Of a DNA stretch of 64,000 nt, positions 15,043 through 26,611 are shown piece after piece. The stretch is from Octopus sinensis (lineage: Eukaryota). Where the stretch lies: NCBI RefSeq assembly GCF_006345805.1, contig NC_043003.1, positions 93,930,001 through 93,994,000 on the forward strand, in the 5' to 3' direction. The position numbers were made by a program, and so were the translations under genes. How positions within the stretch are numbered: the stretch's first letter is position 1; every line of letters begins with the position of its first letter. The notes under the pieces were generated by a model. It was not told the DNA's origin, did not search any database, and worked only from the letters and a program-made list of their open reading frames with translations.

Positions 15043-15857
15043 AGTATACTCGTATTATCCCGTATCTGATTTTCAATTTACACTGGTTTTATAACCAGTA
15101 TTGTTTATCTTGTATCGATAAAACAAATACGGTACAGCAATAAGAACTGGCGTGGGGATACCATACAGGTATTTTCTAAAATCGAAATTCTTTCTACAGC
15201 TGACATATAGTTGTAAAAGTCTGTATTTACACCTAAGTAGAAACGGTCACTCGGTGAAATACATATATTTATGTTTGGGAATATATATATATCCATTCTG
15301 AAATATGTTGAGGAGTATTCGCGCGCAGTGATACGCACACATGCTATTCATACCGAGACACAAACACACACGCACACACACATATTGACACCCACACAGA
15401 TATTTATATAAAGCAAAGTGTTTGCTGAACAAATATAATCGTAAAAGCATTGTTTCCCAGTAGAAATGAAAACTAGTCGGTATTAATCTAACTGAAGTAG
15501 GACCTAAGACATTATTAATAACATGCATGTTGCATGGTGCTCTGGCAAAATACTGAATTTAATTAAACCAGAGCCTCGAATACACCAGGGGACATTTAAT
15601 TGTGATCTAGTATTCAGCACGACAGGGTTATACTAAGCTTTGAAATTTGGAAACGTGAAAACAATTCTTGATTCTTTTACGTAATTTCTCATTGAATTTC
15701 CTTCGCTCCTGGCTTAGGTGCTTCAGATATTATATATCACTTATATTGATTTCTGTCAGAGAACAAAATATCAATATACGAAATTTATTCCCACAAGCGA
15801 TTTCGAATGATCTCAAGTGTTTTTGTACATACGTTCATATACATTCACATATACACT

Positions 15858-15918
<61 letters not shown>

Positions 15919-16564
15919 TGTATGCATGTATGTATGTATGTGTGTATACACACATATATACACACACATAGCGACATATATGTATATATACATATAAGTT
16001 TACACAATACACATACACACACATAGGTACGTTTAGCTTAACAAATGAGGGATGAGAGGGGAGAGAGAGAGTGAGAGATAATATGCAATTCAGAGGCTAT
16101 TGGTTGACAGGCTATTGGTTGCCAGAAGATTAATTCAAGGGACTAGAGTCTTAGTTACCGTAAACTCTTAAAACACTCTCGATGTCAGCTTACAGACATA
16201 CAGACACACACACACACATACACACACACGCATCATACACACACATACACAGAAGTGCGCAAGCAAGCAAGCACATGCGAACGTATGTACAGACGTACAT
16301 ACATACATACGTGCAACTTCTCTCAGACAGCACTTGCTAAATAACAGGAGCAAAAATAAATAAGTATAACTTAGTACTGAAAAGTGAAGAGATCAATATA
16401 ATTTTACTTCCCGATAGAGAGCTCCTCATGAAGAACACTCTTCCTGATGACTTCCTATATTCCAGAACAGCCTGAATAACATACGTCAAAGAATACTTGA
16501 ATGTGAAACGGTTAGTATTCAAAAAGAAAAAAGAAAGAAAGAAAGAAAGAAAGAAAGAAATCAA

Positions 16565-17380
16565 AAGTAAAGACTATTCATAGGTATGTTACCGAAAGAC
16601 TTGAAGAAGAGTAATTTTGACACGAAGCGAATCCTCCCATTGGACACATAACGGCTACATCACACTCCAAAGGTTATGCCTTTAATCAACAAAAGAGACA
16701 GTAAAGCCTTTGGAGCTCCAAGGTGCATCCAAAAATGTAGATTATATCATATTTCTGCAGAAGACATCACACATGTGATTAGCAGCTGCCTATAAATGTC
16801 ATCAAGTTACTACTTCCCTATGAGACATGACGTTGTTGCATAAACAATAGACAATGCCATTCGGGAAAAAAACTGTTCTGGAATAAATATGGAGAACCTC
16901 CTTATTGAATATATGCACAAACGTCAACACAAACAATACTGGCGGAACATTCTCATCAAAACATCTGTCGAATGTAAAGGTAACAGCCCGGATATTGTTG
17001 CGCGAGGACAGACAGGAAAACGTATTTACCGTTATGGAGGTCAGCTGTCTTGCTGATGTGAATATCTCTTTGAAAATCAAAGAGAAGATAAATACGGACA
17101 ACTGCTTCCAGACTTCCAACTTTTATTTGCAGTTTATAAATGTACGTTTATGCCAATAATTGGAGCAGTTGGCTTTGTGAGTAAAAGCCTCACCGACAAT
17201 TTGGTAGTGCTCAGAAAATAGAATCAACCAACTTATTCGTCCATTACAAATACAATCTGTACGTGAGATTTTCTTCAAGTTTAAAAGATCACTTTGTTTT
17301 CGTTATCTACATACCAACAAAGGAACATTGTATCTTTGTTAGAAACCAGCTCCTTCTTCAGAGGAAGAATTTAAGCAATT
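16565..17380 (+). mobile_element. Decayed 3' part of an RLE-type (R4/Dong-like) LINE
   Basis: Translates as KCRLYHISAEDITHVISSCL...MRHDVV, then RPDIV...MEVSC...PIIGAVG. Same family as 46290-48705. Confidence 0.7.
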
Positions 17381-17419
17381 TAAGTCAGAAGGAATAATTG
17401 ATGCATCAAGTTAAATAGA

Positions 17420-18350
17420 AGTTTTATTATTTACTACTCAGTCGGATTCTACCTTTTGCATTACTACAACGAGGAATTAACCCGTACGGGTTCTGAATGG
17501 TTGTCGATGGAATTTTTAGTCATTCTTCAAGTAAAATCTGCGTTTGTTGTTTTAGTAACGCGACTCCTTACTTGCTGTTTCAAAATGCACCACAAATGAT
17601 TGATTATATGAAGATTCAGTGATTGCGAAGACAAGTTTAAGTAGTCTATATCCCTTTTGTGATATTCGTATAAATTTTGAATAACACTACATGAATCAGC
17701 AGGATTGCGCTCAAATTAGGAAACTATATACATCATAGAATGGACATGATCAGTTAAAATATACAGATAATACTTGACACTAACTCTATCTTGTATGTGA
17801 ACTAAAGATCCAAGCAACTTCCGTAATATAGCTGCCCAAATCATCAAAGATCTACCTCCATGTTTTACTGTAGGGAGTCAAAGAGTCAATGTTGAGGGCA
17901 TCTTTAGGCTATCACTAGACATAAACTCATGCCAAAATAAGAAAAAGGTGAATAGTTATTCATTAGAGACGATGACGTCCCACTTTTTCTGCTGATTAAC
18001 GTTCATGGAGAACAGGATAAATTTATCTATAGAAAGCCTTCCACGGTATTCAGCCTTATGGAACTTGCGAGAAACAGTACTGATTGACATAGGGTTTGAA
18101 AGGTGGTGGACTAGCTTTGCTGTCACACTTGCTATCGTCGTTTGATGGCATTTAAACACAATGCCTCTCAGTATTCTGCAGACTTTTTCTGTAAGCTTTA
18201 CTTTCTGTTCATAATTATGCTTGCTTGAGCTTGTATTTTGGATTTGAAATGCCAGCATGTTTTTATAGACGGTACTTCCCGAAAAATCAAATAATTCAGC
18301 AGGTTTAGTGACTGAAGCTCTAACTTTGGAACTCAGTTATGTCACTCATT
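17420..18350 (-). mobile_element. Decayed Tc1-like transposon
   Basis: ORF 17956-18258 is an HTH-like N-terminus (KLTEKVCRILRGIV...SISTVSRKFHKAEYRGR). Near 17580-17630 the minus strand reads SQSLNLHIINHLWCILKQQV, similar to SPDLNPIENLW..LK. Confidence 0.7.
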
Positions 18351-18979
18351 TTAACTAATTTAAATGTGAATACAAAAAATGAAAAAGAAAAAGGAAAAAC
18401 AGAATGTTATAGACTGAAGCATAAGGCATACATAATGCACATAATCACATATATACTGACTAGAACAATTCTGAATTCGACACAATGCCAACAGAAATAA
18501 TAGATAAAAAGTGGTGTTTCCAACATATACCAACATCACACACACATACACACACTCTCTCCTCTCTCTCACACACATAAATACACACGCACGCACGCAT
18601 GACACATACTCACACACACAGTATGCAATTGTATATTTACAAATCAACAAATCAATGCAAATAAAGAAATCTAGCTCATCAGATCACCAGAATGGTTGTT
18701 GGTGTAACTATAATGTTCTGGTGAAGTGATGAGATAACTTCCGTTAGTTGCATTGATTTGCAAATATAGAATTTCATAGTGTAACACAATACAATGCCGA
18801 CCATACAGATTACTGCGATCATAGAAGCACAATATTTTCCACACTTAAATTATTACTAGATGATGGCTACGAAACGGCCGTAACCCTAAGCATGTTAAGT
18901 GGTTAAGCATATTCCCCTCTCATACCTCCTGAAATGTTATGGTTTATACATACACACACACATATATACATACATACAT

Positions 18980-19096
<117 letters not shown>

Positions 19097-19977
19097 TTTT
19101 TTCGGAAGAATAGTTGAAAATATTAGGTGGGGCTCTACTATAAACTTTCCTCTGAAAGATATATAATATATGATTATTTCTCACTAATAGCCTAATTTCC
19201 TGTACTTGTCTGTTTTGACTCACTAATAATATGATAGGCACGAAAATTGGTGCTGTGCTTTAAAAACATTTATTATTCGTTTGTCACGTGACAGGCTTTC
19301 TGTAGTTAATTTTACTCAAAACAAATTTGCAGCTTTAGAAATACTATAATAGCCATCATTTCTAGTTCAAAGAAATATATCTATAAAATATTAAGTAATA
19401 TTGCCAAATAAATAAATATATAGATAAATTAATAAACTCGTTGATATCAGGAACAAAGAATATAACTTAAGGTTAACAATTAACGGCTTTCTTCAGTGTA
19501 TTATATACATAATTGCACAGGAATATTTTTCATTAAATTTATTTCATTAGATTTTAACTAAAACTTGCCATATATACAAGAACGATGTCACCATCATATA
19601 TTCATATAATAATTAAGAATACTTGAATTTATGAAATTATATTATACCTTCTAGGTGTTATAGAATTAATGTTAAATTGCATAAGTCTTTTCGAACACAA
19701 TGGGCTTGTTAATTAATGAGTGCTGAGATGTATGTAATATTAGATTATATTACAAATAGCAGATACTCACAGAAACACACGCAGGAAATAAAACACGCCA
19801 TATACATAAGCATACAGACACACACCACACTCAGATGTTTGGTCGAATAGAGAGAAGAAATACATAAATATAATTTTTATTTTAATCGATAGAAAGTTAA
19901 AAAAGTGACTTCGGGGCTGCAAGTTTCGCGCATAGCACTCATTAAGTTCCATGCAAAAAACTATGCCCCCCCCTCAG

Positions 19978-20014
<37 letters not shown>

Positions 20015-20061
20015 TGAATTTTAATTTTCAACTAATACCACAAATTTTCAATGGGGTTCAA

Positions 20062-20400
20062 GTCAGGTGACTGGCTTGGTCATTCCAATCGAAGTCGGAT
20101 GTAGAGGATTCGTTAGACCCAGTATGAGGTGACCGTTGTTATCGTTAGGTCTAGCTAATCGTACAGCAAATACTACCATGAGCGATATCCAGACTATAGT
20201 GGAAAAGGCAGGCCACTGGACTGGGTTATAAAGAAACGATGAGCAATGGCTAGGCGAATATTGAGCTAAATCTGATAACCAGTTGATCTAGCAAGCGGAG
20301 CCCTCATTTCAGTGAGGATGGGGTAGGTGTGAAATGGGGTAGGTGTGAAATGAGGACGTCGAGAGGTAGGTCCCGAAACGGCGCATATTCTCTCCTGATG
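20062..20400 (+). mobile_element. 3' fragment of a HERO/NeSL-like RLE retrotransposon
   Basis: Translates VIPIEVGCRGFV...IQTIVEKAGHW...RNDEQW. The (V/I)EVGCRGF motif is typical of the HERO-type RLE C-terminus. Confidence 0.6.
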
Positions 20401-20484
20401 ACCCCATAAACTTGCTAGCATCTGGAACGTGGAGCTTTCAACTAGTTGCACTTGCATCTGCAAGTTGTTTGCAAAACGTATATA

Positions 20485-20830
20485 TTGGGTTCACTTCCAT
20501 TGCGTGATACCTTGAGCAAAGTGTCTTCTACAATAGCCTCGGGCCGACCGAAGCCTCGTGTGTGGACTTGGTAGACGGAAACTGAAAGAAGCTCGTGACA
20601 TATATGTGTATGTGTGCGTCTTTGTGTCTGTGTTCGTACTCAACCAAAGCTTGACAACCGGTGTTGGTGTATTTATGTCTCTGTAATTTAGTGGTTCGGC
20701 AATGAGAGCAATAGAATAAGTGCGACGCTTTAAAAAATCAGACCTGGGGTCGATTTGTTTGACTAAAACACCTTAAGGCGGTGCCACGACATGGCCACAG
20801 TCAAATGACCGAAACAAGTAAAAGATTAAA
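20485..20830 (+). mobile_element. SINE family B
   Basis: ccttgagcaaagtgtcttctacaatagcctcgggccgacc...catggccacagtcaaatgaccgaaacaagtaaaag. Confidence 0.85.
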
Positions 20831-21227
20831 GAAATAACGATAAAAATAAAAGATATACATGCACATACACAGAAACGCACATTCTCTTTCATCGATTCGG
20901 CATATGACCCTCGGGGTCAATCTGCTCATTGGTGAACCAACCAATTGATCAAGTTGCTCACTAAATTAGCGTAGCTAAGTATTCCACTGAAAGGCATATC
21001 TTTAAAATAAGGCATAGGTGTGTCAAGGTCGAATCTCTGAATTACGGATGTAGATCTATTCACAGAGGCACTACATGGTTTCCGCCCACCCAAATCCATC
21101 CAGACGGCTTCGGTTGAGGCAACCGTAAATATACTTACTTAAGATGGTACAGATTAGGATCGAACAAGGGATTTCCATGGTTACGAAGAGCGAACTTCTT
21201 AAATACACAGCCAAGCCTGCACACATA

Positions 21228-21259
21228 TGTCTGTCTGTCTGCCTGTCTGTCTGTCTGCC

Positions 21260-21326
<67 letters not shown>

Positions 21327-21516
21327 ATGTATGTATGTGCGTATGCCTCTGTGTATGTACGTACATATGTATATATATATATATATATATATGTAAATGT
21401 ATGTAAAAATGCAAACTTTTGTGAGAGTATCTATGTTAATATATACATGAACACATATCCGCATATGCCTATTACATATATAAATATATAAATGCATGCA
21501 TATACATTCTTATACG

Positions 21517-21564
<48 letters not shown>

Positions 21565-21580
21565 AACATACATACATACA

Positions 21581-21610
<30 letters not shown>
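21228..21610. repeat. (TGTC)n, (TA)n and (CATA)n microsatellites
   Basis: Directly visible repeats. Confidence 0.9.
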
Positions 21611-21613
<3 letters not shown>

Positions 21614-22311
21614 CATTGCATACATTTAATTACACATATATTTTCCTGAAAATATTTATTTGAATAAAAATTGTAATAATTTGCTTTTCAATTAACTTGC
21701 AATTTCTAACATTAATCATAAAGATAGAAAAGATGTAAATAGAAATAAGAATGATTTAATTTCTAAAATGAATAAACGCAGAATCATTTCTCTATATCTA
21801 AAATTGACTTTGATTTTCAATTTCCTTATTTTGACAATCTGAAGTACCAACTATTTATGACAGCAGATTTTCTGTCTGAATTCTGTTTAGAGGAAAGCTG
21901 ATAAATTGATTTGCAACAAATGTTTTTAAGTGGCTCTAAGCTTCCACTACAATCTCTGAGCTAAATTATTAGATTTCTAATGACAAAATATAAAGCTGAA
22001 AACCTACCAGTTGATAAACACATATCCTTAGAGTGTAATTACTTTCTATGTACGATACAAAATGAAAATATAATTTTTCATGAAATCAAATATAAATGCT
22101 GATGCATTTTGCGTCCGGTGACACTATTACACACTGTGGTTACGGGATGTACGTTCAAATATCCCAAAGCCTCTATTTGCAAGTAAGTGAACATCATCAA
22201 ATGAACGTTAAATAACCGATTTCCTTGCCCCAGACATCTGCTACAGATTTCAGCAAAGAATTTCAACAATGATGAAACTATTAGTAGAGAAAAGAATAAG
22301 AACGGCAATAA

Positions 22312-23877
22312 TATTGGTTTTAAACCTTGGCACAGGGCCAGCAATTTCGTGGCAAGGAGCTTGTCGATTACATCAACTCTAATGTTCAAGCCAAAGCCAA
22401 CCTCGGTGGAATTTGACCTCAGATCGGAATAAATGCCGCTACGCATTTTGTCCGGCATGCTAACAATTACGCCAGCTCACTGCATTTGATAATTGTAACA
22501 AATTTTGACACAAGGTCAGCAATTTTAGAATGTGGCAGTTAGTTGCTATTGTAGCGAGTCAGGAAAGATCTATTTTTTCGTCGTGGCAAAATTCAGTTGT
22601 GCCGTTAAAGAATCCAGCCAATCAGGGCTGGAGGCATATGAATACAAACGACAGTGATCTGCCTTAGTAGTGAAGCAGCTGTTTCAAATTAGTTGTTGAA
22701 AAGACGGCCTTGAAGTAAGATCTCTTCTTTTACCATGCCTCAGTTTTTGTGTTCACCACCAACTTCACGCAAGTCACTTGAATGATATCAGTTATAAGTC
22801 TGCCTCAAACGAGTGGTACATTTTTGTTCTATATAACCCATCTGTGTAAAAAGTAAGTTATAAGAGTTTTCCCGTCTCGCATACACATATTGATGATTCG
22901 CATACACATGCAGATTAATCATTTTTACTATTTGCCCGCACTCGTTTTATTTAAATAAAGTTTGCAATGTTTCGTTGTAAATGAACTGCCTTCTGACATT
23001 CTTTATAAACGCTTGTCAAAAGCACACTAAAATGGATTCTGTCACGGATAATCTTCATACATTAAATCAAAGAACATTCACTCTAAATTAGTGACCATAC
23101 ACACTAAGATAACGTCAACCCCAGTGTACACTTGGTACTTATTTTATCGCCACATGAGGCTGAATGGCAAAGTCGATCCCGGCAGAATTTGAACTCAGAA
23201 CCTAAAAACGGACGAAATACAGCTAAGCTTTACCCCGGCACGCTAGCAATTCTGTCAGTTTGCTGAGTTTACAATAATTCTTTCTATAATAGTCACAAAA
23301 CCCGAAATTTAAGGAAAGGAGTTAGTCCATTACATAGTGAAGAAATGGTATTTACTTTATCCACACCTAAAGGATGAATGACAAAGTAAAACTCGGTGCC
23401 ATTTGAACTTAGACCGCAAAGAGCCAGAAGAAATCCAGCTACGCATTACTGTCGGCGTACAAAGATTCTGCCAGTTTACCGCCTTTACAACAACAACAAT
23501 AGTTCTTTCTACAATGAGCACAAGGCTTGAAATTTGGGGATGGGAGTAAGTCAATTACATCGACTTCAGTGCTCAACTAATGCTTGTTTAATCGGTCTCA
23601 AAAGAATGGAAGACAAAGACGACCTCCACGAGATTTGAACGCAAAGACCGACTAACCGCTGCTAAGCATTTTGTCCGGCGTGCTAACGATTCTTTCTACT
23701 ATAGGCACAAGGCCTGAACTTTTTGAGGAAGGTATCTAGTCGAGTGCATCGACCCCAGTGTTTCACTGGTACTTATTTTACCGAACCCGAAAGGATGAAA
23801 GACAAAGTCGACATCGGCGGAATTTGAACTCAACGAAGCGACGGGCGAAATACTGCTAAGTATTTCCTTCAGCGTGC

Positions 23878-23880
<3 letters not shown>
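22312..23880 (-). mobile_element. Head-to-tail cluster of about five SINE family A copies, one interrupted
   Basis: The unit 'cacaagg...tcgac...gaaaggatgaa..gacaaagtcgac.tcggcggaatttgaactc...ctaagcattt' recurs at ~22312, 22500/23102, 23280, 23505 and 23695. Confidence 0.8.
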
Positions 23881-23927
<47 letters not shown>

Positions 23928-24179
23928 GAATGTAAACGACGTATCCCCTCCCCCAAAATTGCTGGCCTTGTGCCAAAATTTGAAGCCAATAAGTAGTAAT
24001 AACGCAGTAAATTTTATCGCAGCAGATATTGATTTATTCCATAGAGACAAGATAATTTATAGAAGCAGCGAAAAGATCAAGAATGAATGTTTGAAATTAT
24101 AAATTGAATAAACATCAACAGCCAGTTCTGTTCTTGTCATGCCAAATATTATCATCGTCTCACCAACTTTTATGTGATA

Positions 24180-24413
24180 CAGTAATCCCTCGCCATATCG
24201 CGGTTCACCTATTGCGTACTCTGTACATCGTAATTCACCTATCGTGCGCTCAGTACATCGCGATTTTTCTGGCTAATATATGTAAATTTATATGATGGAC
24301 TCCTCAGTATATCCGGATCTCTGCGGCCGGTAGGTATTTATATTTTTTTAGATTTTAATTATTTCTGTGGGAGGTTTTGGAAAGTAAGACCCGCGATAGT
24401 CGAGGGATTACTA
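24180..24413. mobile_element. pogo/Tigger-type MITE
   Basis: TIRs cagtaatccctcgccatatcgcgg and ccgcgatagtcgagggattacta, with TA on both sides. Confidence 0.85.
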
Positions 24414-25300
24414 TATTTCTGCCCATTTTCATTTCAATAAGTCAACCCAAAATTTCAGACTACAAACTAAATAATTTACGCAATCCTTATAATGATAATA
24501 ATGTTAGAAGTTATAAGGAGCACTAATTGTACTAATTTACATGTCCCACCTGAGAGCATTAGTAGTGTTTACTGATTTGAACTGTGAAGTAACCTCGTAC
24601 ACAATTCCTTGTACCACGGCACTCATATTCATTTTTAACGCAGGAACAAAGTCATATATTTTCAGAGAAAAGGAATCGATTTAGCCATCGAGTACAGTAC
24701 TTCATGAATAGATATGTCACATTGATCTGTATGAAGGAAAAGGGAAGTTGACCCCGATCGATATGAACATGGAATGTAAACACACTAAATACAACTAGTC
24801 TGAAGCGCTATCCACGCTACCATACCGCAACACTAATCCCTAAGATAGACAGAAGGTAACAAAAGTGAGTGGATGGGTTTAAATCGAATAAACTGGCTTC
24901 AGTACATAACGATGAAATATGAAGTCGGCTTAGAGGAGATATGAACTCAGAACTTAAAGAAAGGTTACTAAATATCGCACGTTTTGTGGATTCTGCGACC
25001 TACAGATTTGAGTGCGCCTAAAAAGACCATGAGCGCGCCTAAGAGAACATCAGTGCGTCTTATCAAAAACATGAGCGAAAGGGACACGAAAACTGAGATT
25101 GGATTGATATTCTGCAGAACAAAGTATTAATGCAATTCTAGTTTGTTTAGTAATATAGATATGTTTCGTGGGCAATTGACGAATAAAATTGCAGAATAGT
25201 AAGTAATAAAGGCATCCAATATTTATTATACAGCTAAATTCATTTAAATATACCAACAGGGTTAACGAACACGACATTGTTTATATGATATATATATATA

Positions 25301-25399
25301 TAGCGTTATATATATGGGCAAGTGTCTTGTACTGTAGCCTAAGGCCAACTAAAGCCTTGTGAGTGGATTTCGTAGACGAAAACTGAAAAATAACCCGTC

Positions 25400-25434
<35 letters not shown>

Positions 25435-25554
25435 TATTTGTGCATATATATATATACGACAGGTTCTTTTTCAGTTTCCGTCTACGAAATCCACTCACAA
25501 GGCTTTAGTTGGCCTTAGGCTACAGTACAAGACACTTGCCCATATATATAACGC

Positions 25555-25556
<2 letters not shown>
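25301..25556. repeat. Near-perfect inverted duplication of a SINE B fragment
   Basis: The arm tagcgttatatatatgggcaagtgtcttgtactgtagcc...gtcgta is reverse-complemented at 25455-25556, with about 3 mismatches and a TA-rich spacer. Confidence 0.95.
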
Positions 25557-25585
<29 letters not shown>

Positions 25586-25607
25586 TATATATATATAATA
25601 TATATAA

Positions 25608-25945
25608 TTAAGGTTCAGCAAAATTGCTTTACCACACACCGAACTTTTAGAAATAGCAGCCAAAGAATTTTGCTATTTCCTCTACTTTAAGAAGACCCTC
25701 CCAGATAATGTATACTCAAAAACTTTACACGTAGGTATAGGGGGAAAAATAACGAAATTTCACTCGAAAGACTGATTACTTCTCAACGCGTTTCTGGGTT
25801 AGTTAGATATAGAGATGCTAGAAATACACCCCTATTCCAACATTCCTTTCATTAGCACAAAATTTCATTAAATTTAAATTTGAGGACACTAAAAATCGAA
25901 CTTAGCCATCTGATTTGAGTAACCTCAGACGAACCAGCCTCGACA
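25608..25945 (-). mobile_element. Diverged relative of the 38.2-39.5 kb HHR element
   Basis: ggttcagcaaaattgctttaccacacaccgaacttttagaaatagcagccaaagaattttgctatttcctctact matches 38232-38307. The minus strand retains GAAACGCGTT (HHR GAAA plus palindromic stem III). Confidence 0.6.
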
Positions 25946-26185
25946 TACATACATACACACATACAAAGATAAATTGATAGATACAACTGATTGTGCAAAC
26001 AAAAATATGAGATACAGCCTAGTGCTTTTTTATGTTGATTAGCTTGGTACTTATTCTATTAGTTTGTTCTTGTGAAACCAGTAAGTTATGTGGGTTTAAA
26101 TAAATGAACAGCAGTTATGAAGCAGTGATGAGGGCGAAACACAGAGACAAAGACACACACATACACTTACATATATACATCCATA

Positions 26186-26570
26186 TAGGCGCAGGAGTGG
26201 CTGTGTGGTAAGTAGCTCATGGTTCCGGGTTCAGTCCCACTGCGTGGCACCTTGGGCAAGTGTCTTCTACTATAGCATCGGGCCGACCAAAGCCTTGTCA
26301 GTGGATTTGGTAGACGGAAACTGAAAGAAGCCCGTCGTATATATGTATATACATATATGTGTGTGTTTGTGTGTCTGTGTTTGTACCCCCAAAATCGCTT
26401 GACAACCGATGCTGGTATGTTTATGTCCCCGTAACTTAGCGGTTCGGCAAAAGAGACCGATAGAATTAGTACTAGGCTTACAAAGAATAAGTCCTGGGGT
26501 CGATTTGCTCGACTAAAGGCGGTGCTCCAGCATGGCCGCAATCAAATGACTGAAACAAATAACAGAGTAA
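26186..26570 (+). mobile_element. SINE family B (tRNA head, CORE-like domain), near full length
   Basis: ggcgcaggagtggctgtgtggtaag...gggttcagtccc head, ccttgggcaagtgtcttct core and conserved 3' end. Many copies in the window. Confidence 0.92.
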
Positions 26571-26611
26571 AACTGATTTGTTTCAGTTCCTATCTAGGAA
26601 ATCCATATGTA

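Noticed and set aside
22312-23880. CRISPR-like regularly spaced repeats
   Set aside because: The units are ~200-bp diverged SINEs in a eukaryotic context, with no short identical repeats and no cas genes.
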